This document shows, piece after piece, positions 10,421 through 19,837 of a DNA stretch of 64,000 nt. Every line of letters begins with the position of its first letter. Within the stretch, counting starts at the first letter, position 1. This DNA is from a bacterium (GTDB lineage: Bacteria; UBA8248; JACPRG01; G963555815), in the NCBI GenBank assembly GCA_965218795.1, contig OZ244653.1, positions 4,768,001 to 4,832,000 on the forward strand, in the 5' to 3' direction. The notes under the pieces were generated by a model, which saw only the letters and a list, made by a program, of their open reading frames with translations, made no database searches and was not told where the DNA came from. Both the position numbers and the translations under genes were made by a program.

Positions 10421-10928
10421 GTGAGAGTTTCTCGCGGCGTCTTGGGTCTTCCATTAAGCCCGTGATCACCAACCCGAGAAAGGCGGCCAAGATATTGAAC
10501 CCCACATCACGGATCTCTCCAACGCGATTTGGCAACAAATACTGGATCCATTCGTCCAATATCCCAACCCACGTCGAAAGACCCAAAACGGCGAATCTCA
10601 GCGGCCAGAATCCCGAACGGGGCCAGGTCGAATCCATGCAACGGTATGTTAAATAGCTAAAGAACCCGTACTCGAAAAAGTGAATCTGTTCGATCAAGGT
10701 GTCGACGACCCAGAAGAATTGTAAAAAGATCAGGAAGCAGACGGCCAGAATTCCCCCCTTCCACCACTTCCATTGATTGCGGTCGATCAAGACACGTACG
10801 CCTTTGAAAAAAACCCATATCGCGGCCAAGATCAGCAGGACGGTCATAGTGACGACGGCCGGCCGGCCGAACCCACGGCGTATCGGTACCCACATCAGGG
10901 GCGTGAGAGGCAAGGTCGCCAGGATCAA
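10407..10928 (-). CDS. VanZ-like membrane protein (true start may be ~70 nt upstream)
   Basis: EQIHFFEYG and GILDEWIQYLLPNRVGEIRDV..N. Confidence 0.75.
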   Translation of the reverse strand: MILATLPLTPLMWVPIRRGFGRPAVVTMTVLLILAAIWVFFKGVRVLIDRNQWKWWKGGILAVCFLIFLQFFWVVDTLIEQIHFFEYGFFSYLTYRCMDSTWPRSGFWPLRFAVLGLSTWVGILDEWIQYLLPNRVGEIRDVGFNILAAFLGLVITGLMEDPRRREKLSHVQT

Positions 10929-11058
10929 TGACGTATAGAAAGCGAGAAAGGACCATCGGGAGAGCAGAGGCTTTTTCGGGTCACGAGCAAGACTCAGAAT
11001 TCATGCCCCCTGATGCTGGTTCCATCGAGGAAAACAACCCATCTTCCAGTCAAAATCC

Positions 11059-11454
11059 ATGATAGAGGCGGGATTGAGAAAGTTCAAGGACCAGTATGCT
11101 CAACCTTATATCTGTTTCAGCATCCAGGCAGGCGAGGGGGCTACTGTAAATCCGCACAGGGGAGCGACGTTGCTGAGACCAAGCCGCTCTTGCTGTATTG
11201 CAGCATGATATCTTTCATTCGAGTGCTGATAACCCTGGTGTCACCCGATTTCTTCACCGAGCAGGAAGACTTGCATGATGGAATCAAGATGCTGGACCGG
11301 CACTCCGGGGGATACCGTCTGCTGGTCAGCGGCTCAGGATGGCGCGGAACGGTTTGTTTCCCCAAACCCATACGATCATCGGCGGAAGGAAATCGAGGGT
11401 GACGGTTCTGACCCTGGAGGACGTATTCATGCGACTATGGGGAGAGCTGTTGAT
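11059..11454 (+). pseudogene. Heavily eroded ABC-2 type ATP-binding gene remnant
   Basis: Start MIEAGLRKF...CFSIQAGE...TLLR resembles an ABC N-terminus with a collapsed Walker A. End TLEDVFMRL resembles the ABC-2 ATPase C-terminus. Only ~400 bp remain. Confidence 0.4.
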
Positions 11455-11652
11455 CGGCCGACCGCTGAAACGCTCCAGGTCCGAAATTTCATCGAAACCT
11501 CGGAAAAGAAATTGCCCTGTTTGGTTCACGCTCGAATTTCTCATCGCATTCTCCTCGGATCATCCCCATCCGGCTCCCGCTTGTCGATGTCCTCAATCCG
11601 TGGCAAATTGAAGGGGGTATTGGGAGAGATTGCAAGGACAGGGAGAGATTTC

Positions 11653-11892
11653 ATGCGGATCGCATATATGCTGATAAAGGTGGATGTCGGAAAGGTCGAT
11701 AGCGTGGCCAGCAGCCTGATTGAAATCGAGGAGGTCACGGAAGTCTACTCGGTTTCAGGTTCCTACGACATTCTCGCCAAGGTTCTCGTAGATGATTACG
11801 ACCAATTCGGAGACGTGATTCCGAAGAAAATTCACACGATTTCGTTCATTCGAGAGACGAATACACTGTTGGCATATGCTGCATTCACGTAG
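11653..11892 (+). CDS. Stand-alone Lrp/AsnC ligand-binding (RAM) domain protein
   Basis: AYMLIKVDVGK...EVTEVYSVSGSYDILAKV...RETNTLLA; GGAG RBS; no HTH. Confidence 0.85.
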   Translation: MRIAYMLIKVDVGKVDSVASSLIEIEEVTEVYSVSGSYDILAKVLVDDYDQFGDVIPKKIHTISFIRETNTLLAYAAFT

Positions 11893-12011
11893 ACGCGGAA
11901 ACGAAGGTATGGGACCGGGTGCCTTCCGTTCAGGTTGCCTCATGTGAATTCCGGTCCGATTCCGATATTCATACAGCCACCGCACGTATGAGAATTGAAC
12001 GGGGAGAGGTC

Positions 12012-12713
12012 ATGTCGAAAGATTTCGAAGGCTTGAAACAAAAACTGGTCCTCGCGCACAAGATCATGGCCGCCGCGGGGGTTCTTCAAATGAATCTAGG
12101 TCATGCCAGTGTGCGTCTCCCCGAGGGCGACCGGGTCTTGATTCTGGGTCACCTGCATGACGTCGGAAAGGTCTTCGAAACGGCGAGCGTCGATGATCTG
12201 AGTATTATGGACTTGGATGGAAATCATCTGGACGGGGATTTGGAGCCGCCCGGGGAACGTTACATTCATTCCGGGATCTATCGATTGCGTCCTGATGTCG
12301 GCGCCGTGGTCCACGCGCATCCATTTTCGGCCGTGGCCTGCACCATTGCCGGTCAGGACATCCTTCCCGTGGGCCACTGGGGGACAGTATTCGCGCCCAA
12401 GGTTCCGGTCTATCCCAGTTCCGAGCAGATCGAATCGCAGGAGATGGGCGAGGACATCGCCAGGGTGATGGGAGATGCGCCCGCGGTCCTGCTGTCCCAT
12501 CACGGGGCGGCCTCCGCGGCGAAGTTTCTCGAACAGGCCGTCGCAGTGATGCTGAGTCTGGAGCACGCGGCCAAACTCATCGCGGAGGCGAGCAAGATGG
12601 GAACGCCCATCCCGCTTCCCCGCGAACAGATTGAAAGCGACATGGCCGTCAATCTGGACCGACCTTCCTTCTGGCAGAATCCCTGGGCCTTTTGGTCTTC
12701 GAAGATCGCCTAG
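12012..12713 (+). CDS. Class II aldolase/adducin family protein
   Basis: GHASVR, ERYIHSGIY..RPDVGAVVHAH and VLLSHHG. Confidence 0.88.
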   Translation: MSKDFEGLKQKLVLAHKIMAAAGVLQMNLGHASVRLPEGDRVLILGHLHDVGKVFETASVDDLSIMDLDGNHLDGDLEPPGERYIHSGIYRLRPDVGAVVHAHPFSAVACTIAGQDILPVGHWGTVFAPKVPVYPSSEQIESQEMGEDIARVMGDAPAVLLSHHGAASAAKFLEQAVAVMLSLEHAAKLIAEASKMGTPIPLPREQIESDMAVNLDRPSFWQNPWAFWSSKIA

Positions 12714-13069
12714 CCCATACGGCTCAAGACTCCGGCGACTGTTTCGGGGTAGCTCTCGTGGGGGATCCGCATCCATCATAGCGGATGAGTCAGTGGATAG
12801 ACCTCGTGATGCGAGGTATTTCCCCTTTCCGCTTTTCTGGCCGGATAAAAAAATGGACATCTGACGGTTCGGATGGATGGGATGTTAGCGGAACGCAGAA
12901 GGATCAGGCTTTTTTAATTGGGAAAGAGACCGTGGTGCCTTATATTGTTAGAGAGTAGCCCACCGGCGGGGATGGCCGAATTCGAAGGTAAGGTTTGGCG
13001 GACCCGCTGGATACCGCGCGAATGACCCTGAGTCGGATTTTGGGTTTGAACGAGGGAGGTATCAGGACA

Positions 13070-13786
13070 ATGGCTCGAGAAGGTATTGGCATTCAATCCG
13101 AAACCCAAGCCCGTCCGCTTGCCCAGGAACAGGCGGCGGCATTCCTGCGACAAGTGTATTGGTGGATGACCGTCGGCCTCTGCGTCACGGGCATCGCAGC
13201 TTGGGCGGTCGTGGTTTCGCCGGGAATGCAGCGGTTGATCTTCGGCAATCAGCTGGTTTTCTTCGGTCTGATCATCGCCCAGTTGGTCATGGTCTTCAGC
13301 CTGAGCGCCAGGGTGCAGCGGTTAAGCGTCCAAGGGGCGGCGGGGATGTTCCTCGTCTACTCCCTGCTGATGGGCCTCACGTTGTCCTCCATCTTCATGG
13401 TCTATACGACCAGCTCGATTACAGCCGTGTTCTTCATCACTGCGGGCACCTTCGGGGCGACCAGCTTATGGGCATATACGACAAAGCGTGACCTGTCCTC
13501 GTGGGGAAGTTTTTTCTTCATGGGGCTGATCGGGATCATCATTGCGTCCGTGGTCAACATCTTTCTCCAAAGCTCCGCCCTTCACTGGGCGATCAGCTAT
13601 ATCGGCGTGCTTGTGTTCGTCGGCCTGACGGCCTACGACACGCAACAGATTACGCTGATCGGAGCTCAGGGATTTGAGGATGAGGCGACGGCCACAAAGT
13701 CCTCGATCATCGGCGCCCTCAGGTTGTACCTGGACTTCGTCAACCTGTTCATCATGCTGCTTCGAATCTTCGGCAGCAGGAATTAA
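13070..13786 (+). CDS. Bax inhibitor-1/YccA family membrane protein
   Basis: FLRQVYWWM, TTKRDLS, GLTAYDTQ and GALRLYLDFVNLF. Confidence 0.92.
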   Translation: MAREGIGIQSETQARPLAQEQAAAFLRQVYWWMTVGLCVTGIAAWAVVVSPGMQRLIFGNQLVFFGLIIAQLVMVFSLSARVQRLSVQGAAGMFLVYSLLMGLTLSSIFMVYTTSSITAVFFITAGTFGATSLWAYTTKRDLSSWGSFFFMGLIGIIIASVVNIFLQSSALHWAISYIGVLVFVGLTAYDTQQITLIGAQGFEDEATATKSSIIGALRLYLDFVNLFIMLLRIFGSRN

Positions 13787-13854
13787 GATTTCCCTGGCTG
13801 AAGGCCAGTGGGGAACCCATACCGAGGCTCGATGAAACTGTCTCGATTTGAAGG

Positions 13855-13887
13855 GACGCCGCTCTATCAAGGGCGGCGTCTTTTTTT
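13855..13887 (+). terminator. Intrinsic terminator between the YccA-family gene and convergent trpE
   Basis: GACGCCGCTC-TATCAA-GGGCGGCGTC followed by T7. Confidence 0.8.
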
Positions 13888-13947
13888 GCGATAAACCGAG
13901 TCGATTCCAATTTGGCGGATGGGATCCCGGTGAATCCCCGGCCCCGC

Positions 13948-15450
13948 TTATCGCATTCCCTGCTCCGCCATTTCGACTGCGCGGATCAGCGCACGCCCCT
14001 TGTTCATCGTCTCCTCGAATTCCCGTTCCGGTACGGAATCCGCCACGATGCCCGCGCCCACGCCCAGATAGGCCCGGCCGTCTTTGATGACCAGCGTTCG
14101 AATGGCGATGCAGGTGTCCATGTTCCCCGAGAATGAGAAGTATCCGACGGCTCCCGCGTAAGGCCCGCGCCGAACGGGTTCGAGCTCCTCGATGATCTCC
14201 ATCGCCCGGACCTTCGGGGCCCCTGAGACCGTACCCGCGGGAAAACAGGCGCGCAACACGTCATAGGCGTCGCGTCCCGCTTCCAACTGTGCCCGAACGT
14301 TGCTCACAATGTGCATCACATGAGAGTATCGCTCGATGACCATCAGTTCATTGACCTCTACGGTTCCCCTCGTCGCCACCCGACCGACATCGTTGCGCCC
14401 CAGATCGACCAGCATGATATGTTCTGCGCGCTCTTTCTCATCCGAGAGGAGGTCCCTCTCGAGCGCCCGATCCTCCTCCTCCGTGCCGCCCCGCGGACGT
14501 GTTCCCGCAATCGGCCGGACCTCGACTCGATCCTCTTCGAGGCGGACCAGCACTTCCGGCGACGATCCGACGAGTTTCAGGTCCCCGAATTGGAGATAGA
14601 ACATGTAGGGGGAAGGGTTGATGGTTCGGAGAGATCGGTACATGTCGAACGGATCGGCCGACACCCTCGCGCTGAGCCTCTGGGCCAGGACGACCTGAAT
14701 GATCTCCCCCGCGTGAACCTTTTCACGGGCCTCGGCCACGGCCGTTTCGAAGGAAGCCCTGTCGCTGAAGCTGGACGACCAATCGGATATCGCTGAGATC
14801 GACTGCGTCGTATCAATGGAACCGGCCCAGTCCGGCAAGGGTTGTTTCAATCGGTCGATAATGTTCTCAATCCGTTCGATGCCGTCCTGATAAGCGGAAC
14901 GGATGGCTTCGTCACTGCTCCCGCGGATGCGGACATTGGCGACAACCTTGATTTTCTGGGAGATATTGTCGAACACCAACAAAGCGTCCGTCACCATGAA
15001 CTGGGCGTCCGGCAACCCGAGATCGTCCTCGGCCTGATCGGGAAGACGCTCAAAAAATCGGACCATGTCATAGGAGAGATACCCGACGGCCCCGCCGTAA
15101 AAACGTGGAAGTCCGTCGACAGGAACAGGCCGGTATTCCGCCATCAGGTCCTTCAGCGCATCGAGCGGATCGCCTTCCGCTTCCCAGGATTCCGTCTGAC
15201 CATTCCGTTCAAACGTGATGGTCCTCCCTTTTGTGCGGATAATCGTCGAGGCGTCGGCGCCGAGGAAGCAATACCGCGCCCATTTCTCTCCCCCCTCGAC
15301 GCTTTCAAGAAGAAAGGCATTCTCCCCCTCCGCGATTTTCAAAAAAGCGGAGACAGGCGTCTCCAGGTCCGCCAGGATTTCCTTGTAGACGGGAATGAGG
15401 TTGCCCTGTCGTGTTTTCTCTCGAAACTCATCTTGAGATGGGTAGTACAT
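13948..15450 (-). CDS. trpE: Anthranilate synthase component I
   Basis: ETPVS, FLLESVEGGE, NPSPYM, RPIAGT, EHIMLVDLGRND and AGTVSGAPK. Confidence 0.96.
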   Translation of the reverse strand: MYYPSQDEFREKTRQGNLIPVYKEILADLETPVSAFLKIAEGENAFLLESVEGGEKWARYCFLGADASTIIRTKGRTITFERNGQTESWEAEGDPLDALKDLMAEYRPVPVDGLPRFYGGAVGYLSYDMVRFFERLPDQAEDDLGLPDAQFMVTDALLVFDNISQKIKVVANVRIRGSSDEAIRSAYQDGIERIENIIDRLKQPLPDWAGSIDTTQSISAISDWSSSFSDRASFETAVAEAREKVHAGEIIQVVLAQRLSARVSADPFDMYRSLRTINPSPYMFYLQFGDLKLVGSSPEVLVRLEEDRVEVRPIAGTRPRGGTEEEDRALERDLLSDEKERAEHIMLVDLGRNDVGRVATRGTVEVNELMVIERYSHVMHIVSNVRAQLEAGRDAYDVLRACFPAGTVSGAPKVRAMEIIEELEPVRRGPYAGAVGYFSFSGNMDTCIAIRTLVIKDGRAYLGVGAGIVADSVPEREFEETMNKGRALIRAVEMAEQGMR

Positions 15451-15478
15451 GGTTCTCTCTGGGATGATACCGCAATCC

Positions 15479-15511
15479 AAAAAAAAAGCCGCGGGCTGAA
15501 CCGCCCACGGC
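15479..15511 (-). terminator. trp attenuator terminator hairpin
   Basis: GCCGTGGGC-GGTTCA-GCCCGCGGC plus T9, ~30 nt upstream of the trpE ATG. Confidence 0.88.
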
Positions 15512-15539
15512 CTACAGGAATCTGAGATGTCGATTCAGG

Positions 15540-15596
15540 CTACGGGCGAAGTTGTCCTCCGTTCCACCACCGCTGTTCGCCCGTTGACCAAATCAT
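15540..15596 (-). CDS. trpL: trp leader peptide MIWSTGEQRWWNGGQLRP
   Basis: 18-aa ORF with 3 Trp codons (tandem TGG TGG) and a GAGG RBS, directly upstream of the terminator and trpE. Confidence 0.85.
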   Translation of the reverse strand: MIWSTGEQRWWNGGQLRP

Positions 15597-15784
15597 CTGA
15601 ATCGCCTCATGAGTATGAATCCGATTGGAACTCTACGCCTCCCCGGTCATGCTGTCAACCACAGCGCCCGATCGTTCAGGTCGGCCTTGCAGTCACCGCA
15701 TGACAGCATTGACGGCTGAATCCTCAGAACGACTCCGAGACTATTTGGAACGAGGGAAACTATCATCCCATCCGACATGCCATC

Positions 15785-17506
15785 CTACTCGAGCCAGAAG
15801 GTCATACCCACATAAGGGCTCGTGATGTAGCGATCCAGCCGGGCGAATTCCTCATTGAATCGGCGAACCGCGTCTATGTGCTCCAAGTTTTGAGCGGATT
15901 GCGGCTCCTTTGAATAAATTCGGGCCAGTGGTGCGCCGCTCTCCCGGATGTTGCCAACCAAATGGTAACTCTGAAGAAGGGTCCGTAGGTCATCTGAGAC
16001 CGGGCCATTCTCGAGGATCACGAAGTAATCCACCGGAGGCTCAGGTTCGATATTGGCGCCCCCGAACAGCCGCTTACGTTTGGGGTCGCCGCAGGCGCAG
16101 CGTACGGTTCCCATATAGAGCTCTCCAAGATTCGGATCTTTGTTGATGTATATTCGCGCGCGGGGTTTGCCGAATTTTCGAATCCAGTACCCGGCCGATT
16201 TCATTGCCCGGTATCGATGGGAACCTCCTACAGCGCCCTGTGACTCGGCTGGGTTGTACCATTTGCCGGATGGTGTCTCTCGGGCCAGGTTAACGACCAT
16301 GGAACCAGAAAGAGCCTCAGCGATGACGAGGGCCGCTACGACAACTCCACAGACCCGAAGCCATGCTTTTCGGGATTGGAGCCCCCGGACGAGCCCATGG
16401 GCGGTCAGGAGGAAAACAGGGATACCGCATGTTGCGATCAGGTGAACCTCCTGCGCAGAGAAGATTCCCAAGAACGGAAGACCCAGAAGAATGATCCACC
16501 AGATCTGCAAGCCCAGATGGTTAAGCCGGAATAATTGTCGAAAATATTGAATGAACGCCGCGAGGGCGGCCAAAATGAGCAGGTAGCCAAATGAGCTTCC
16601 GAATACTTTCAAGGCTTCGGTTGAGACAGTCATCGGCCGCGTATGACGGAAGGACCAAGCCAACAGCCCCAGCCATACCCCCCGCTGAACATACACCGCG
16701 AATAACCCGAGTTGAAGGAGAATAACGATCAGCGGAATGATCCCCCACCAGATCAGTGCCGTTTCCTTCTTGAATGCGATCGTCCGGCGGATGAGCAGTG
16801 CGGGCGTATCGCCTTCCCGGCGAAGTCGAACCCAGCCGAAATAAGCCAGGATCAAAAGGGTGAAGGGGAATCCGTTGTTGGACAGGACTTCAAAAGCGAG
16901 CATCAGGCTGAAGAGTGCCGCCCATACTTTTCGTTTGGTTGTCAACAGCCGATCGGCAACCAAGAACATAAACACCTGATTGACGAAGTTCCCAACCATT
17001 GGGTGGTTGATGCGGGATATCACGCCGTGGAAGGGAGCCACAGCCGCGAGGAAGGCCGCCAATAGGCCGGTTGGCTTGTCAAACCATCGATTCCCGAGGA
17101 AATAAAGCCCCAGAATTGAGAGTAATCCCCAAATCGCGTAAGGCAGAAACAGGAAAAATTCCTGGAGCGGGATCCCGAACAAATTGAGAATTTCCAGATT
17201 GACGAATTGAATCAGCGGGCTGCTTGCGCCGTTATAGTAAAGAAAGAGCTGAACGAAGAAATTCTCTACCCAGGACTCGGTCGGAAGGAAGTTGGATTGC
17301 GTTAGACGAAATCCCGCCAGGAGCGGATTAACTTCGTCGTGGTTGGAATGCACTATCCGATCGAGTCCGGTGAATCGGATCCAGGCCGCAACCACCAGAA
17401 TCAGGATCAGGAGCCGCCCCCCATACCGGGTCAATATCCGTGAAACCATGCCCGATGCCCCGCCCCGATCGTCCAAAGTCGTATCCATCAAATGAGCAGC
17501 CGACAC
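15785..17506 (-). CDS. ArnT/PMT-like (GT-C, family 39/83) membrane glycosyltransferase
   Basis: N-terminal TM followed by HDE, GLLAAFLAAVAPFH..ISR, many TM segments and a soluble C-terminal domain. Start uncertain. Confidence 0.72.
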   Translation of the reverse strand: MSAAHLMDTTLDDRGGASGMVSRILTRYGGRLLILILVVAAWIRFTGLDRIVHSNHDEVNPLLAGFRLTQSNFLPTESWVENFFVQLFLYYNGASSPLIQFVNLEILNLFGIPLQEFFLFLPYAIWGLLSILGLYFLGNRWFDKPTGLLAAFLAAVAPFHGVISRINHPMVGNFVNQVFMFLVADRLLTTKRKVWAALFSLMLAFEVLSNNGFPFTLLILAYFGWVRLRREGDTPALLIRRTIAFKKETALIWWGIIPLIVILLQLGLFAVYVQRGVWLGLLAWSFRHTRPMTVSTEALKVFGSSFGYLLILAALAAFIQYFRQLFRLNHLGLQIWWIILLGLPFLGIFSAQEVHLIATCGIPVFLLTAHGLVRGLQSRKAWLRVCGVVVAALVIAEALSGSMVVNLARETPSGKWYNPAESQGAVGGSHRYRAMKSAGYWIRKFGKPRARIYINKDPNLGELYMGTVRCACGDPKRKRLFGGANIEPEPPVDYFVILENGPVSDDLRTLLQSYHLVGNIRESGAPLARIYSKEPQSAQNLEHIDAVRRFNEEFARLDRYITSPYVGMTFWLE

Positions 17507-17519
17507 CCGTCCCCTCCGT

Positions 17520-17898
17520 GCAGATTGCCCGCGCGTGCACCCCGATCAACACAGCCAAAAGAATCAAACCACCAAATCCCGGCCCGCCCAGGATTTCCCA
17601 TTCGTCCTAAGAGGCACGTTTCGCAGCGCGTCAATCAGCCGCATCGGTATGGGGGCTCATCATGAGATACGCCGAAATCAGAACGACCTCAACATGAGGT
17701 GCGAGGAATGCGGAGTGAAAATCTCCAGTCAAGAAATGCGCGGGGTGATAGACGCCTCCATAAAGGAATCGCAAAAGGAATCCCAGAATTCCGCAAGCAA
17801 TCAGGATGACGCATACTCTTCGAACCCAAATCCGGTTTTGCACCCCTGGTTGCTTTCTTCCGAGCAGAACGGACCTTTGCGGCCTTCCGTTGCGCCAC
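17520..17898 (-). pseudogene. Eroded membrane protein remnant (possibly GT-C type)
   Basis: Basic N-terminus MAQRKAAK..., then TM-like pieces in other frames (RRVCVILIACGILGFLL...GDF; LILLAVLIG). Confidence 0.3.
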
Positions 17899-17939
17899 CG
17901 GGAGAAAGTCGAGCCGATGATATCATTTGCTCTTTCGGC

Positions 17940-18174
17940 CTCACAAGATAACCTGCGTCCGTTCCCAAATGCGGGACACAACCCAAATCGCTTGCGGACG
18001 AATGCGCGACAAACCTGTCATGGGAATGGAGTGTCCTCGTCGCAACGTTCTCCGGATGGTTCGCCTGACGAGGGTGACCTCCGCTATGTGTTGAAGCGGA
18101 ACCTGAAGGAGGCCGCCGATATGGAGTTTACAGTCCATGTCGGCTCGGAGCTGGAGTTCTTCCTCTTTGAATGA
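17940..18174 (+). pseudogene. Glutamine synthetase type I fragment
   Basis: PDGSPDEGDLRYVLKRNLKEAADMEFTVHVGSELEFFLF resembles the GS motif PDGxPFxGDPRxVLKR...GPELEFF, then a stop. Confidence 0.7.
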
Positions 18175-18532
18175 GCCCATCAAGAATGCGGGAAAAAGCG
18201 AGCTTCTGAGAAAATGTCCGGGAGAGCGCATCTTCACAAAGCGATTGTAGAACAAGCGGCTCGAATGGCACGCCTTCCGCGCCCGCGTCTCGCACTTCGA
18301 GTTGGAGAATGACCTACCTGTCCTATAGGGTCGATGCTCGTTTTTGGTGTACTCAAGACGGCGTCAGAAAAGGGTCGTCCGAAGGTTGGTTGGGGAGGCC
18401 TTTTTTGAATCTTCCCGCTTGCCCAACGCATCCAAAATACATAACTAACCGTAATTGAAAGATTCGGGATTGCGAGAACGCCTGCCCGGCCACGGAACCT
18501 CCCTGAAAGCTGCCTTGATACTGGAGGATTTC

Positions 18533-18949
18533 ATGTACAGGGTCACAAAGGTTATCGATTTCTGTTATGGCCATCGGTTGATGGATTACGGGGGAAAGTC
18601 CAAAGCCATTCACGGCCATAGCGGAAGACTGGAGGTCACGCTCGAAAGCGAGACTTTGGATGCGGTCGGGTTTGTTCGCGAATTCGGCGACGTGAAACGG
18701 ACCATCAAGGAATGGGTGGATGCCCATTTTGACCATACAATGCTGATGCGGAAGGATGATCCATTCCTTCCTCTTCTGAAAGAGCACAATGAGCCTTTTT
18801 TCGAAATGGAACAGAATCCAACGTCTGAAAATATCTGCAAGATCATTTTCGATTATGCCGCGTCTGAAGGGCTTCCCGTTTCAGAGGTCCAGCTATGGGA
18901 GACTCCGACGTCCAGCGCTTCTTACGGGAAACAGACCCCTGGGGGATAG
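18533..18949 (+). CDS. 6-pyruvoyl/6-carboxy-tetrahydropterin synthase (PTPS/QueD family), SxxxHGH variant
   Basis: FCYGHRL, SKAIHGHS, FDHTML, NPTSEN and LWETPTS; GGAGG RBS. Confidence 0.88.
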   Translation: MYRVTKVIDFCYGHRLMDYGGKSKAIHGHSGRLEVTLESETLDAVGFVREFGDVKRTIKEWVDAHFDHTMLMRKDDPFLPLLKEHNEPFFEMEQNPTSENICKIIFDYAASEGLPVSEVQLWETPTSSASYGKQTPGG

Positions 18950-19051
18950 GACCACAGAAGATCGACCCGCTCTATTCCCATTGGAACTGTCGCGGATCAG
19001 GCGCCCACCAACGGATCAGAAATCTGCAATCCTTGAAATGGGAGGGATTCA

Positions 19052-19786
19052 TTGGACTTGAAGGGCAAATGCGCTCTGATAACGGGGTCCGCTGTGCGCG
19101 TGGGGCGGGTCATCGCCCTCAGTTTCGCTCGGCAGGGGGCTGATATCGCCGTTCACTACAACAGTTCCAAAGCGCAGGCCGGAGCGACGGCTGATGAAAT
19201 TCGTGCACTGGGGACAAGGGCTTTTCCGGTGCAAGGTGATGTGTCGCGTGCCGATCAGGTGGATTCCATCGTCAACGCCATCGAAAAAGAACTGGGTCCG
19301 GTGGACGTACTCGTCAACAGCGCTTCCGTCTATTACCGAAAGCCCTTCCTGGAGTTGACTGAAGAGGATTGGAACCGGAATCTGGACATCAACGCCAAAG
19401 CGCCTTTTTTGCTGGCTCGGCGGATTGGACCCGGAATGAAGGAAAGGGGCAGGGGTAAGATCCTCAACATTGTCGACTGGGCGGCGGAACGTCCCTATCG
19501 GGATTACCTGCCGTATTGCGCATCAAAGGCCGCATTGGTGAACCTCACTCAATCGCTCGCCTTGGCGTTGGCCCCCGAAGTCCAGGTCAACGGGATTGCG
19601 CCGGGGCCTGTCCTGCCCCCCGAGGATTTCTCCGACGAGGAGCTGGAAGCCGTCAAACGCGCGGTTCCCTTGAGGCGGCTGGGTTCACCGGAAGATGTCG
19701 CATCCGCCGCCCAATTCCTTATCGAGGGGACCGACTTTATGACGGGGTCGATCATTACGGTGGACGGGGGCCGGCTTATCGCTTAG
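19052..19786 (+). CDS. SDR oxidoreductase, pteridine reductase/FolM-like
   Basis: TGSAVRVG (Arg in the Gly-rich loop as in PTR1/FolM), VHYNSS, NSAS, YCASK and LAPEVQVNGIAPG. Confidence 0.82.
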   Translation: MDLKGKCALITGSAVRVGRVIALSFARQGADIAVHYNSSKAQAGATADEIRALGTRAFPVQGDVSRADQVDSIVNAIEKELGPVDVLVNSASVYYRKPFLELTEEDWNRNLDINAKAPFLLARRIGPGMKERGRGKILNIVDWAAERPYRDYLPYCASKAALVNLTQSLALALAPEVQVNGIAPGPVLPPEDFSDEELEAVKRAVPLRRLGSPEDVASAAQFLIEGTDFMTGSIITVDGGRLIA

Positions 19787-19837
19787 GTTCGGCGAGCCGG
19801 TTTTCACATCCGTTGATCTTCGGTCAGGGCTGATCGC

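Noticed and set aside
12945-13065. Possible yybP-ykoY riboswitch upstream of the YccA-family gene (GAGAGTAGC)
   Set aside because: The remaining conserved elements could not be identified. It needs an Rfam/Infernal search.
18180-18530. preQ1 riboswitch upstream of the PTPS gene
   Set aside because: No preQ1 stem-loop plus A-rich tail pattern found.
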